A DNA stretch of 64,000 nt from Desulfatiglandales bacterium (GCA_963667015.2 CAXXJJ010000004.1:64001-128000); one strand, 5' to 3'. Counted from the first letter of the stretch, positions 1 through 10,644 are shown. The notes: generated by a model from the letters alone, not told the origin. Program-made: numbers and translations.

Positions 1-29
1 GCCCTTTTACATCGTTTCTGGACAATTAA
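1..29 (+). CDS. thiG: 3' end of probable thiazole synthase ThiG (partial)
   Basis: Reads ..PFTSFLDN*, resembling the ThiG C-terminal SSPLTxFL, and lies directly upstream of thiH. Confidence 0.55.
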
Positions 30-51
30 TAAAAAGATTAACGGATATTAT

Positions 52-1164
52 ATGAGTTTTTCCGAAATATACAGAAGTTACAACTGGTATGATATTAAGG
101 CTCAGATATATAAAAAAGAGTCCTGTCATGTTGAAACTGCCTTGCATAAAAAAGGCACCCGGAATCTGGATGACCTGATGGCCCTTCTATCTCCTGCCGC
201 AGGATCTTATCTTGAAGAGATGGCAGGACTCAGCCACGATCTCACACAAAAAAGATTTGGAAAAACGCTTCAGATGTATATCCCTCTGTATCTTTCCAAT
301 AAATGCAGCAATAACTGTGTATATTGCGGTTTTCGTAATGAAAACAGGATTAAACGTATAACACTCACAGAAGATCAGATACTGAATGAAATAAAGATTA
401 TAAAATCCTATGGTTTTGATCATGTCCTGCTGGTTACCGGAGAGTCAAACAGGAATGCAGGGATAGACTACTTTGAAAAGGTCATCAAGCTGATAAGACC
501 CTACTTCTCACATATTTCAATGGAAGTGCAGCCAATGAACCGGGATGATTATTTTCGGCTGACAAAACTGGGATTGAACACCGTACTTATTTACCAGGAG
601 ACCTATGGAAAGCATTATCCCGAGTTCCACCCCGGCGGAAAAAAATCCGACTTTTTTTACAGGCTTGAAACCCCGGACAGGCTCGGGTCTGCCGGTGTTC
701 ATAAAATAGGCTTAGGATGCCTTCTTGGGCTGGATGACTGGAGGACAGATTCGTGGTTTGTCGGACTTCATGTTGATTATCTCGAGAAAAAATTCTGGAA
801 AACCAAATATTCCATTTCTTTTCCCAGGCTGAGGCCTGCCACGGGAATTATCGAGCCAAGAGTCATCGTCTCTGACAGGGATCTTGTCCAGCTGATATGT
901 GCATACCGTATTTTTAATGAAAATCTGGAACTTTCCTTGTCTACAAGAGAATCCGAAAAGTTCAGAAACAATGCAATTAAGTTTGGTATCACATCCATAA
1001 GCGCCGGATCAAAAACCGAGCCTGGCGGATATTCGGCTGAAACCAGCGAACTTGCTCAGTTTGAGATAAATGACAGCAGGACTCCCAGGGAAATTGCAGA
1101 TATGATCAGTAAGCAGGGATATGAACCGGTATGGAAAGACTGGGATATCCATTACGGAATATAA
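52..1164 (+). CDS. thiH: 2-iminoacetate synthase ThiH (radical SAM)
   Basis: CxxxCxxC (CSNNCVYC), YIPLYLSN, YQETY, SAGSKTEPGGY, QFEINDSR, PVWKDWD motifs. Confidence 0.95.
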   Translation: MSFSEIYRSYNWYDIKAQIYKKESCHVETALHKKGTRNLDDLMALLSPAAGSYLEEMAGLSHDLTQKRFGKTLQMYIPLYLSNKCSNNCVYCGFRNENRIKRITLTEDQILNEIKIIKSYGFDHVLLVTGESNRNAGIDYFEKVIKLIRPYFSHISMEVQPMNRDDYFRLTKLGLNTVLIYQETYGKHYPEFHPGGKKSDFFYRLETPDRLGSAGVHKIGLGCLLGLDDWRTDSWFVGLHVDYLEKKFWKTKYSISFPRLRPATGIIEPRVIVSDRDLVQLICAYRIFNENLELSLSTRESEKFRNNAIKFGITSISAGSKTEPGGYSAETSELAQFEINDSRTPREIADMISKQGYEPVWKDWDIHYGI

Positions 1165-1352
1165 GCTCATTTTAAGACAATAATCTGCCGTGGTTTGTCA
1201 TAACTTTGACAGAATTGAGATGTATTTTGATATGCTTGTACTGTCTGTCTGATGTCCTAAATATCTCCTATTATGCAATTTGCCTTTATCCAGGTGCTAT
1301 TTCACATTCTGTTTACCCTCTTTGTACCCATTCATTGATTTCATGCGGTTAG

Positions 1353-1368
1353 TGGCATATTCTTTGCA
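1353..1368 (+). promoter_or_regulatory. Putative sigma-54 (-24/-12) promoter of the chemoreceptor gene
   Basis: TGGCATATTCTTTGCA = GG-N10-GC consensus, ~100 nt upstream of ATG 1468. Confidence 0.7.
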
Positions 1369-1467
1369 AAACAATACCATGATCACTTGCACAGATGATG
1401 CTAAATTCTATTTTATGCCAATCCTTTTTTAGTGCAAATAAAGGATCGTAAAAAAACGGAGGTCAAA

Positions 1468-3477
1468 ATGAAGCTTAACTTACGGAATAAGTTACTACTG
1501 CCCACACTTTTATTTGTAATCGTCGCGATGATTATATCGACGATGGTTTCATATAATTATTCGGAGAGTGCACTCCATAATTCTATAGAGGCCCAGATCA
1601 GTGAGGTCACAAATGGTGCAACCAGTCAATTAACATCATGGCTGGAGGTATTGCGTTTTGATCTGGAGAAGATGTGTCAGATACCGGAGGTAAATGGCGC
1701 CCTGGATCCGGATGAAACCATGGCAATACAGTCCAGGGAATATTCCGGAGAAATGCTGTCCAATGAGAAAAAGAAATCCAAATATCTTGAATATATAGGG
1801 GTAACCGACCTTACTGGAAAGGTAGTGACCAGGTCTATTTCCATGCCTATTGATCCTGCCAATCCGGTTAAAAATGAAACCCTTGATTACAGTAAGGAAG
1901 AATGGTTTAAGGGTGCAGTTAAGGGAGAAGTACAGATCTCCAGCGCAAAAATCGATTCGATGATATCAAAACTGGTGTTTATTGTAGCTGTTCCTGTATA
2001 CCATATGGATTCAGTTACCCTCACAATGAGTGATGATATAGCTGGTGTGCTTTTTTCCATGGTTGATCTTGGATATTTCACTAAAAAACATATTGATAAT
2101 ATCAATTTTGGTGAAACCGGTTATGCCTTTATGTTTGACAAAACCGGTATAACTATTGGGCATCCTGAACAATCCCAGGTACTTAAACTGGATATGACCA
2201 AAGAAAAATGGGGACAGGAGATGATGGAAAAGAAAAACGGCATCATTACCTATACCTTTAATGATCTTGAGAAAATTGTTTCCTATAAAACCGAACCCAT
2301 GTCAGGATGGACAGTAGCCGCAGGAGTCGGGACTGATGAAGTATTTGCCCCGGTTAAGAAGATACGTAATATAAGCCTTATACTGGCTCTGATTGTTGCC
2401 CTGGCCATTGGAATAGGGATGTGGTTTTTGACAGGTTTTGCTGTTGTTAAACCCATATCCGAAGTAGTGGATGGATTAAAGGATATTGCAGAGGGTGAAG
2501 GCGACCTCACAAAAACTCTTAATATAAACAGTGAGGATGAAGTAGGGGAGCTGGCAAAATGGTTTAACACCTTTATGGAAAAACTGCGGGCTATTATTAC
2601 CGAGATAAGCGGAAATGCAGATTCAATGACCTCAGCCTCTGTTGATCTCTCGAAACTTTCCGGCAATCTTTCAGAGGGTGCAGATCTTACATCCGGAAAA
2701 TCAAATACAGTTGCCACGGCAGCCGAAGAAATGAGCTCCAACATTAATTCAGTTGCAGCTGCCACAGAACAGGCCTCGACCAATATGAACCTGGTTGCCA
2801 CGGCAGCCGAAGAGATGACCTCGACAATTAATGAGATCGCCCAAAATTCCGAGCACGCAAGGAACATTACCCAGGATGCCGTTAAGCAGGCTGATGACGC
2901 CTCTCAGAAGATTGATGAACTGGGAAGGGCTGCTCAGGAAATCAGCAAGGTAACAGAGACAATTACCGAGATTTCTGAACAGACAAACCTTCTTGCCCTT
3001 AATGCAACCATCGAGGCCGCCAGGGCAGGTGAAGCAGGAAAGGGTTTTGCGGTTGTTGCAAACGAGATCAAAGAACTGGCAAGACAGACAGCAGAGGCAA
3101 CTCAGGATATCAAGGACAGGATCGAAGGCATACAGAAATCAACCTCACTGTCAGTTAAACAGGTTGAAGGAATATCCAAGGTAATCAATGATGTTAATGA
3201 GATTGTATCAACCATTGCTACGGCAGTTGAAGAACAGTCTGTTACTACAAGAGAAATAGCCGGCAATGTTGCACAGGCATCAAACGGGATGCAGGAGGTC
3301 TCTGAAAATATCGCCCAGAGTTCTGCAGTGTCAAGCGAAATAGCAAGGGATATTGCCGATGTAAACCAGTCTTCAAATGATATCTCAAACAGCAGTTCCC
3401 AGGTTGACATGAGTGCCCAGCAGCTTTCAAAGCTCGCTGAACAGCTGAAAGAGCTGGTGGGTAAATTTAAGATATAA
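1468..3477 (+). CDS. Methyl-accepting chemotaxis protein (dCache sensor, HAMP, MCP signal domain)
   Basis: Two TMs around a Cache region (GYAFMFD..G..IGHP), HAMP ([11 protein letters not shown]), [37 protein letters not shown] 1468 follows GGAGG. Confidence 0.95.
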   Translation: MKLNLRNKLLLPTLLFVIVAMIISTMVSYNYSESALHNSIEAQISEVTNGATSQLTSWLEVLRFDLEKMCQIPEVNGALDPDETMAIQSREYSGEMLSNEKKKSKYLEYIGVTDLTGKVVTRSISMPIDPANPVKNETLDYSKEEWFKGAVKGEVQISSAKIDSMISKLVFIVAVPVYHMDSVTLTMSDDIAGVLFSMVDLGYFTKKHIDNINFGETGYAFMFDKTGITIGHPEQSQVLKLDMTKEKWGQEMMEKKNGIITYTFNDLEKIVSYKTEPMSGWTVAAGVGTDEVFAPVKKIRNISLILALIVALAIGIGMWFLTGFAVVKPISEVVDGLKDIAEGEGDLTKTLNINSEDEVGELAKWFNTFMEKLRAIITEISGNADSMTSASVDLSKLSGNLSEGADLTSGKSNTVATAAEEMSSNINSVAAATEQASTNMNLVATAAEEMTSTINEIAQNSEHARNITQDAVKQADDASQKIDELGRAAQEISKVTETITEISEQTNLLALNATIEAARAGEAGKGFAVVANEIKELARQTAEATQDIKDRIEGIQKSTSLSVKQVEGISKVINDVNEIVSTIATAVEEQSVTTREIAGNVAQASNGMQEVSENIAQSSAVSSEIARDIADVNQSSNDISNSSSQVDMSAQQLSKLAEQLKELVGKFKI

Positions 3478-3501
3478 GATCATTTTACCTCATCTGTAAA
3501 T

Positions 3502-3535
3502 AAAAAACGCCCTGCCAGACCGGCAGGGCGTTTTT
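3502..3535 (+). terminator. Intrinsic terminator after MCP
   Basis: AAAAAACGCCCTGCC-agac-cGGCAGGGCGTTTTT hairpin with T tract. Confidence 0.85.
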
Positions 3536-3617
3536 GCTTTAATGACATTGATGTTCAATTTACAAACAGGGATTTTTGTGCAATACTTCGCACTTTATTT
3601 TAAAGGAAATGGGTCCC

Positions 3618-4898
3618 ATGAGAACCATATTTGCATATATTATCCTGATGGTTACACTGAATTTTTCTCCTGTAGTATCTGCATCTTCACCTGAAGAGGC
3701 AAAGGAAGACTATTTTTTTACCCATGATATGCTTTCATGTCTGGATTGCCATTCTTATATAAAAGAGAATCAGGATCATCCGTCAATTGAAGACTCAAAT
3801 GAGTCATGTATGGAATGCCATGAGGGATCTTTGAGAGCCTCATCTGCAAGCAAACATAAAGTCAAATGTTTGAATTGCCATTCCCGTCATCCTGAAAAAA
3901 TATCAAATGATGCGCATATTAATGTGCCCTGCAGGGCATGTCACCTTTATGGAATAAAGTCTGTTAAAGAAACGGAAAACAATGTATCCTTCTGGAGATA
4001 TAAAGAGGACCCTGCGTTTGAATATAGTCCCCATCGAATTGTAACAGAAAAGGAAGATATATGTTCCAGGTGTCATTTTAAGGGGAATACTCTTGGCGCC
4101 CCGGATCAAAAGTTACCTGCAAAGAGTTTTATCTGTATGCCATGCCATGCTGCTACCTTTTCCATGGGCGATATTTCGTCGGTAATCGCAGTTATTATCT
4201 TTATGGTCGGTATTATAAGTATTATCTGTATGTGGCTTGCTGCAGGTAAAGGTCACAGCAGATATAATGGAAATGAATCTGCCAGTTTATTATGTGCAAT
4301 CAAGGGCTTGATTTCTGAAGGAGTTTTCCAGAAGAGACTGTTAAGGGTTTCATTCAGAAGATGGATTATACATGCGATGATTTTTTTCCCCTTTGTTATT
4401 CGTTTTCTCTGGGGAATAGCTGCCCTTGTTGCGTCACTGCTTTCCCCTGAATGGAGTACTGCATGGATAATGCTCGACAAAAATAATCCTGTTACAGGTC
4501 TGGTTTTTGATATTACAGGTCTCTTGATACTCACGGGCGGGTGCATGATCGTTATTGAAAAAAGGACAGATAAAAAGTTGATCAACATTAAAAATCTGCC
4601 AAAAAACAATGTTTTTGTTAACATCCTGCTTGGGGGTATGATTTTTACAGGTTTTATTGTTGAAGGTGTAAGGATAACAATTACAGGCAGTCCCGAAGGT
4701 TCACAATTTGCCTTTATCGGCTATGGAATCAGCAGGATTTTAATAGGTTATCACCTGAATGGAATCTATGTATATCTGTGGTACCTGCATGCTTTTATGA
4801 CAGCCCTGTTTATTGCATACCTTCCATTCAGCAGGATGTTTCATATTTTTGCTGCCCCTTTAAGTCTGTTTATAAGGGGAACATCCTCAAAAAGATAG
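3618..4898 (+). CDS. Multiheme cytochrome c fused to NarI/HdrE-like membrane cytochrome b domain
   Basis: Signal peptide; six CxxCH motifs (CLDCH, CMECH, CLNCH, CRACH, CSRCH, CMPCH); C-terminal multi-TM domain with WYLH...YLPFSRMFHIF; start chosen from RBS spacing. Confidence 0.8.
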   Translation: MRTIFAYIILMVTLNFSPVVSASSPEEAKEDYFFTHDMLSCLDCHSYIKENQDHPSIEDSNESCMECHEGSLRASSASKHKVKCLNCHSRHPEKISNDAHINVPCRACHLYGIKSVKETENNVSFWRYKEDPAFEYSPHRIVTEKEDICSRCHFKGNTLGAPDQKLPAKSFICMPCHAATFSMGDISSVIAVIIFMVGIISIICMWLAAGKGHSRYNGNESASLLCAIKGLISEGVFQKRLLRVSFRRWIIHAMIFFPFVIRFLWGIAALVASLLSPEWSTAWIMLDKNNPVTGLVFDITGLLILTGGCMIVIEKRTDKKLINIKNLPKNNVFVNILLGGMIFTGFIVEGVRITITGSPEGSQFAFIGYGISRILIGYHLNGIYVYLWYLHAFMTALFIAYLPFSRMFHIFAAPLSLFIRGTSSKR

Positions 4899-4983
4899 AA
4901 GCAGTTTTTCAGCTTGTAATGAAGATACTTACAGTTTGAAAATATAAAGTAATTTTGGATCAATAATAGAAGAGGAGAGCATT

Positions 4984-5406
4984 ATGGATATACAGGGATA
5001 TAATATACCTGAAGATCTTTATTATGAAAAAAATCATTTCTGGGTTAAGGCAGAAGGGGACCTTCTTGTTATGGGAATGGATGATTTCGCCATAAAAATG
5101 GCCGGCGAAATAGTATATGTACAGCTGCCGGCCGAGGGTAAAAAAATTATTGCCGGTAAAAAGTTTTCCAAGATTGAATCCGGAAAATGGCTCGGAAAGG
5201 TATACGCTCCTGTAGATGGTGAACTGGTTGAATCAAATGAGGCACTGGAAGAAAACGCGACCATTATTAATGAAGATAATTACGGGGCAGGATGGATGTT
5301 CAAGATAAAACCCGACAACATGGGAGATATCGATAATCTTATTCATGGTTCAAGTGATATTGAAGCGTGGATACTGGAAGATATAGAGAAGTATAAAGAA
5401 GTATAG
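4984..5406 (+). CDS. GcvH-like lipoate-binding protein
   Basis: PEDLYYEKNHFWV, IESGKWLGKVYAPVDG (lipoyl Lys), INEDNYGAGWMFKIK; no gcvP/gcvT in window. Confidence 0.85.
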   Translation: MDIQGYNIPEDLYYEKNHFWVKAEGDLLVMGMDDFAIKMAGEIVYVQLPAEGKKIIAGKKFSKIESGKWLGKVYAPVDGELVESNEALEENATIINEDNYGAGWMFKIKPDNMGDIDNLIHGSSDIEAWILEDIEKYKEV

Positions 5407-5408
5407 TA

Positions 5409-6590
5409 ATGCCCCTTAATGATTACAGTTTAAAAGAGGTTATCCAGCTTGAGGCATGCACAAACTGCATGCTCTGTGCCGAGGTTTGCCCGGCAGTTTC
5501 TGCAACTCAGGACGGATCATTGTCCGGCGCACATCGCATACATGAGCTTCAAAGGTTGTTCAGGTCAAGGGCAGGACTGTTTAAAAGACTGTTTTCAGGA
5601 AAATTTAATGAAGAGGCTTTAAAGGCCTTCAGTGAAACGGTCTACAGATGCACCCTCTGCGGAAGGTGCCAGGAGATTTGCCCTTCAGGAATTTTTCTCA
5701 AGGATATCTGGATCTCTCTAAGGCAGGACCTTGTGCATTCAGACAGCTTCCCGGACAAGGTTGATATGATTAAACAGAATGTCCTGAAGAGCCACAATGT
5801 CTTTAATGAGGATAATGAAGAGAGGGCAGAATGGGTCGAAGACCTGGATGATCCTCCTGAACACGGACATATAAAAGACTTGGCAGAAGTAGTCTATTTT
5901 ACCGGCTGTGTATCCTCGTACTTTCCTATGGCACAGCAGATTCCACTGAGCCTTGTTGAGATATTTGAATCAACGGGTGTCGATTTTACCCTGCTGGGTG
6001 AAGATGAATACTGCTGCGGTTTCCCTTTTCTTGGGGCAGGCCTTCGCGATCGGGTTGATGAACTTATTGAGCATAACATCAGGGCAGTCAAGAATAAAAA
6101 TGCCAGGAAGGTCGTATTTGCATGCCCCTCATGTTACCGAATGTGGAAGGAGTATTATCCCCCTGAGTTTGAACTGTATCATGTTACCCAGTTTATTAAA
6201 CAGCATCTTTTGGATAATAAGTTAAAACTCAAGACAGTAGATAAAATAGTTACCTACCATGATCCATGTGACCTGGGCAGGGGCAGCAGGGAGTATAATG
6301 CTCCAAGAGAAATTATTAATGCCATCCCCGGTATCAGGCTGGTTGAGATGGATAATAACAGGGAAAACTGTACATGCTGCGGTGGAGGAGGGAACCTTGA
6401 GATGATAGATGCAGACCTGTCAAAGGAGATTGCAGGTGCAAAGATTAAACAGGTCCTTGACACCGGTGCCGAGGCGGTCATTACATCCTGTCAGCAATGT
6501 GTCCGGACGATGAAGGGATACGTTCGCCTGAATAAGATAAAGCTTGAGGTCCTGGATATCGTGGAACTGGTTAAAAAGGCACTTAAGTAG
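5409..6590 (+). CDS. HdrD/GlpC-like Fe-S oxidoreductase (2x[4Fe-4S] + two CCG domains)
   Basis: CTNCMLCAEVCP and CTLCGRCQEICP; YFTGC, YCCG, CPSC, TYHDPCDLGR, CCGGGG, SCQQC. Confidence 0.9.
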   Translation: MPLNDYSLKEVIQLEACTNCMLCAEVCPAVSATQDGSLSGAHRIHELQRLFRSRAGLFKRLFSGKFNEEALKAFSETVYRCTLCGRCQEICPSGIFLKDIWISLRQDLVHSDSFPDKVDMIKQNVLKSHNVFNEDNEERAEWVEDLDDPPEHGHIKDLAEVVYFTGCVSSYFPMAQQIPLSLVEIFESTGVDFTLLGEDEYCCGFPFLGAGLRDRVDELIEHNIRAVKNKNARKVVFACPSCYRMWKEYYPPEFELYHVTQFIKQHLLDNKLKLKTVDKIVTYHDPCDLGRGSREYNAPREIINAIPGIRLVEMDNNRENCTCCGGGGNLEMIDADLSKEIAGAKIKQVLDTGAEAVITSCQQCVRTMKGYVRLNKIKLEVLDIVELVKKALK

Positions 6591-7155
6591 CAATTATCCA
6601 CTTTACCGCATCAAGGAGATCATCCGCAACATAAACCGGTTTATAGGGGAATCCGGGCAGTATATAATCCACCTCTCCAAGCCCGTATCCTGTCTTTACC
6701 ATAATGCTTTTTATATTTCCGTTATGGGCAAATTCCAGGTCAGTGAAATGATCTCCAATCATATAAGATTGCTCAAGGTCAATGTCAAATTTATCAAGTG
6801 CCTGTCTGATCATACCGGTATTGGGTTTTCGGCAGTCGCACTTGATTGCATACTCTTTAAACCTGCTTCCCGGATAATGTGGGCAGTAGAAAACAGCATC
6901 TAATTCAGCACCTTCCTTTTTAAAATAATCCTTCATGTAGGTGTGGAGCTCTTCCACAAGCGAAACAGGGAAATAGCCGCGTGCTATACCCGACTGGTTG
7001 GTAACAACAATAGCAAGGTAATTATTTTCATTGAGCAGCCTTATTGCCTCTGGGACACCGGGTAGAATATTAAATCTGCTCAAATGGTTGATATAGCCCA
7101 TCTGCTCGTTAATTGTTCCGTCTCGGTCAATAAAGATAGCTGGTCTTTTCATCAT
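6583..7155 (-). CDS. gmhB: D-glycero-D-manno-heptose 1,7-bisphosphate phosphatase (HAD IIIA)
   Basis: FIDRDGTIN, VTNQSGIARG, CPH..CDCRKPNTGM, MIGD. Confidence 0.85.
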   Translation of the reverse strand: MMKRPAIFIDRDGTINEQMGYINHLSRFNILPGVPEAIRLLNENNYLAIVVTNQSGIARGYFPVSLVEELHTYMKDYFKKEGAELDAVFYCPHYPGSRFKEYAIKCDCRKPNTGMIRQALDKFDIDLEQSYMIGDHFTDLEFAHNGNIKSIMVKTGYGLGEVDYILPGFPYKPVYVADDLLDAVKWIIAT

Positions 7156-7474
7156 TTCTCCTGTCTGTTGAAATCATTATTTTCACTCAGGGCTAAAGTT
7201 TCTGTGATACCGGTAACCTTGGCGCCTTTATGGAGTTTTTAAAAATATATTTTTACATATGAACTCATGAGGGGGCAAGGTATATTTTATATCCAGATGG
7301 AAGCAGTCAGCACCTCACATCAAATGAAGTGTCGCTGTACCCAATATTCCTGCTTGCATATAAAAAAATATCTCATTATAGTCTATCAGCCCATATGGCA
7401 GACCGGGAATTCAATTTTTCTCATTTACAGATTTATGTGTAATTATATTTCATACTTTTTAATGGGGCATCATT

Positions 7475-8122
7475 ATGGATCTTCTTGAACAAATAACAGT
7501 AAAAGGTGTTCTAATTGAAAGTATTGCCGAAGAGGTAATTAATTCTCCTGATAATATTCCCCTGCTTTTTGAAGGCCTTGAAAATAACAAGGGTGCAATC
7601 CGATTCGGGTGCGAGAAGATAATACGGCTTATAAGTGAAGAACAGCCGGAAATTATTTATCCCTATTTTGATCAAATAGCCTCCATGTTGGATTCTCGCA
7701 ACAACATATTAAAATGGGGTGCTGTCATAATAATATCAAACCTTGCATCGGTCGACACTGAGAGAAAATTTGAAAAGATATTTAAAAAGTATTTCGAACC
7801 GGTTACTGGCAGGCAGATGATAACCGCCTCTAACATTGTTAAAAATGCATGGAAAATAGTCCTCGCAAAACCTTCACTTGTAGAAAAAATTGTCAGGGAG
7901 ATATTAAAAGCAGAAAAAGCCGCATATGAGAGTAAAGGTGAGAGTTCTCCTGAATGCAACCGGATTGTATGCGGACATGCGATTGATTCATTTTTCAGAT
8001 TCTTTGATAAAATAAAAAGTAAAAAATCTGTAACAGATTTTGTTAAAAGGCAGATTAATAATCCCAGAAGTTCTGTAGCTAAGAAAGCTGAGAAGTTTGT
8101 TAAAAAATTTGAATTAAATTAA
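7475..8122 (+). CDS. Hypothetical helical (HEAT/ARM-like) protein
   Basis: 215-aa ORF with alpha-helical repeat character; no catalytic motif recognised. Confidence 0.65.
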   Translation: MDLLEQITVKGVLIESIAEEVINSPDNIPLLFEGLENNKGAIRFGCEKIIRLISEEQPEIIYPYFDQIASMLDSRNNILKWGAVIIISNLASVDTERKFEKIFKKYFEPVTGRQMITASNIVKNAWKIVLAKPSLVEKIVREILKAEKAAYESKGESSPECNRIVCGHAIDSFFRFFDKIKSKKSVTDFVKRQINNPRSSVAKKAEKFVKKFELN

Positions 8123-8202
8123 GAAGTCTAATCTTTTTAGAGATTCAGATAGACTTGTAATACAATTTTGTTAATTAATTCAGAAGAAACCCCCTGTAAA
8201 AA

Positions 8203-9435
8203 ATGATCCTGCATCAAAAAAAATCTAATATAAAATCTGTTTCTCCAAAAAACATTTATCGCGGACTTCCCTCAGGGATATGGGGGCTTGGATTTGTCTC
8301 CATGTTCATGGATATCTCATCCGAACTGGTCCACAGTCTTTTACCAGTATTCATGGTTACGGTACTGGGTACATCAGTGGCTGCCGTGGGCATGATAGAA
8401 GGCGTTGCCGAGAGTGCTGCTGCGATAATTAAAGTTTTTTCAGGAGCCATCAGTGATTATTGCGGCAAGCGCAAATATCTTGCTGTTACTGGATATGCCA
8501 TAAGTGCAATTACTAAACCTGTATTTCCACTCGCAACAACACTCGGGTGGGTTTTTGGTGCGCGATTCACTGACAGGGTTGGAAAAGGCATACGGGGTGC
8601 ACCGCGTGATGCCCTGGTGGCAGATATTGCACCGGAAGAACTTCGAGGCGCAGCCTATGGTTTACGCCAATCACTCGATTCAGTCGGAGCTTTTATTGGG
8701 CCGCTTCTTGCCGTATTTTCCATGATCTGGTTTAGTGAAAACATCAGGGCTGTTTTATGGATAGCTGTCCTGCCCGCATTCGTTGCTGTTTTTCTTCTGA
8801 TCTTCACTGTTCACGAACCTGAGAATAACAACTGTTCAAATACAGTACGAAATCCGTTGGCATTTTTTGAGATAATACGTTTGCCCAAACGATACTGGTT
8901 TATAGTTGCACTTGGTGCGGTTTTTACTCTCGCCAGATTCAGCGAAGCCTTTCTGATTCTCCGTGCCAGTGATCTTGGGGTTTCGCTTGGCTATGTACCG
9001 GTAATTATGATTATAATGAATATTATTTATTCTGTGTTTGCCTATCCTGCCGGTGCAGCTGCAGACAGGTTTTCGGCCAGAATCATTCTATTGTCAGGAC
9101 TTATGATACTTATTGCTGCTGATATTATACTGGCGCTGGCCCAGTCACCATCCGGTTCATTTATCGGGGCAGCCTTCTGGGGTCTTCATATGGCTTTTAC
9201 TCAGGGATTATTTTCAAAACTTATTGCAGACGCCGCACCGGTAAATCTTCGCGGTACAGCTTTCGGGGTATTTAATCTTGTAAGCGGTATATCACTTTTT
9301 CTTGCAAGCTTAATAGCCGGATCATTATGGAGTGCATACGGCGCTAAGGCAACATTTTTTGCAGGCGCTTTATTTGCATTTCTTGCAATTATTGGATTGA
9401 TCTTTTTCTCATTTGAAACCAGATCAAATAAGTAA
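8203..9435 (+). CDS. MFS transporter
   Basis: ~12 TMs; DRVGKGIRGAPRDALVAD, SDYCGKRK, GTAFGVFN. Confidence 0.9.
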   Translation: MILHQKKSNIKSVSPKNIYRGLPSGIWGLGFVSMFMDISSELVHSLLPVFMVTVLGTSVAAVGMIEGVAESAAAIIKVFSGAISDYCGKRKYLAVTGYAISAITKPVFPLATTLGWVFGARFTDRVGKGIRGAPRDALVADIAPEELRGAAYGLRQSLDSVGAFIGPLLAVFSMIWFSENIRAVLWIAVLPAFVAVFLLIFTVHEPENNNCSNTVRNPLAFFEIIRLPKRYWFIVALGAVFTLARFSEAFLILRASDLGVSLGYVPVIMIIMNIIYSVFAYPAGAAADRFSARIILLSGLMILIAADIILALAQSPSGSFIGAAFWGLHMAFTQGLFSKLIADAAPVNLRGTAFGVFNLVSGISLFLASLIAGSLWSAYGAKATFFAGALFAFLAIIGLIFFSFETRSNK

Positions 9436-9443
9436 TGCTGATT

Positions 9444-10436
9444 TTAGCCGATTATTTTTTTTATTGTTTCATCCACATGGTCAAATCTTACATGAATCGA
9501 ATGATCAGAAAGCACGTAATATCCAATGCCTACTATCTTGCCGGTCTGCTCTATTTTTTTGGATGCGTTGCCGTCAGGTACAACTAACTGCGTCTTTATT
9601 TTAGCACCCAGTATCCTGTGAGCAACTTCATTATTTGATAATTTGAAAGTGAAGGATAGCCCCGAGATAGATATATCACAGAGTGACCCCAAAAATTGTT
9701 TTCCGGAAGGAGAACCAGAAGCGTTTAACAGCTGGCCTGCAACCTTTCCCTTTAATTTTAGCCGTTTATTACGCCTTCGATTCATCCCTTTTTTCATCAG
9801 AATATCAGATACACGTCCTGATTTATCGCAATATTCATGTAATTTTTGCTCCAGTGCAGGAAAATGATCTTTCCATCTTTCCTGAATATCTCTGCCAAGA
9901 CTGCGCAGTTTTACATTTGTATTAGCTATTAATGACACTGTCTTTGCTGATGTTGTATAAAAAAAAGTGTCCTCACCTGCTATTTCGCCAGGTTCAAGGA
10001 TGTTAAGTATTTTATCATTCTCCTTCGAATAAACCATTTTGGCTTCGCCTGAATCCAAAAAATAGAGATTACTATCAACATCGCCCACTGAGAAAATCTT
10101 ATCTCCTTCTTTATAAACATTTTCTTTCATGGCATAATAAAGCTCGTTAGTTTCTTCTGTTGTAAGGTTGCCGTATAATTTTGCCCATGTCTTTTTATGG
10201 ACATCATCCATGGATTGGCTTTTTTCTTCATCAATAATATCTGCGGATTTTGAAATTTCATTTAAAGCCATGGGGGCAACTTCAAACAGCCGGTCTCTCA
10301 GGGCTTCGGCTTTTATAAAATCGTGTTTTTTTGCATTTTCCACAATTAATTCGAACAGTGCCTTTACCGCAGCATCCTGATTTCCTTCACTGAGATATTG
10401 ATCAATCAATTTTTCCTGTTCTGTAACTGAATTCAT
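9444..10436 (-). CDS. Cyclic-nucleotide-binding domain + PilZ domain protein
   Basis: cNMP domain (LYFLDSGEAK..LEPGEIAGE); PilZ RxxxR (NRRRNKR) and DxSxxG (DISISG). Confidence 0.8.
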   Translation of the reverse strand: MNSVTEQEKLIDQYLSEGNQDAAVKALFELIVENAKKHDFIKAEALRDRLFEVAPMALNEISKSADIIDEEKSQSMDDVHKKTWAKLYGNLTTEETNELYYAMKENVYKEGDKIFSVGDVDSNLYFLDSGEAKMVYSKENDKILNILEPGEIAGEDTFFYTTSAKTVSLIANTNVKLRSLGRDIQERWKDHFPALEQKLHEYCDKSGRVSDILMKKGMNRRRNKRLKLKGKVAGQLLNASGSPSGKQFLGSLCDISISGLSFTFKLSNNEVAHRILGAKIKTQLVVPDGNASKKIEQTGKIVGIGYYVLSDHSIHVRFDHVDETIKKIIG

Positions 10437-10482
10437 GGGTTAACCCTCGCCCTCTATTCAAAATATTAGTGATGAACGACCT

Positions 10483-10644
10483 TCATTCCAGATAACTGCT
10501 CATGAGCTTGCGACCGAAATATAAACCGGCTGCCGCGCCGAGAACACTGAGAAGGTAGGCTGTCATAATACCAACATGTTCCCCAATCCACCATCCTATC
10601 CATGAGCTCACAGAAATGCATGTGATGGTTAATATTTTTTTCAT
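10483..10644 (-). CDS. Small 53-aa membrane protein (below ORF-track cutoff)
   Basis: Manual translation MKKILTITCISVSSWIGWWIGEHVGIMTAYLLSVLGAAAGLYFGRKLMSSYLE*; two hydrophobic Gly-rich helices, just upstream of the cNMP-PilZ gene. Confidence 0.7.
   Translation of the reverse strand: MKKILTITCISVSSWIGWWIGEHVGIMTAYLLSVLGAAAGLYFGRKLMSSYLE

Noticed and set aside
2706..2820. Repeated GTTGCCACGGCAGCCGAAGA within the MCP gene
   Set aside because: Reflects repeated methylation-helix sequence (VATAAEEM), normal for chemoreceptors
2283..2867. 194-aa antisense ORF, and the many similar short antisense or overlapping ORFs in the track
   Set aside because: Shadows of well-supported genes on the opposite strand or in another frame
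4984..5406. Calling this gcvH of a glycine cleavage system
   Set aside because: No gcvP/gcvT nearby, non-canonical ESGKW motif, and redox-module context
7267..7488. 73-aa ORF upstream of the HEAT-like gene
   Set aside because: No RBS or protein-like features; probably promoter DNA
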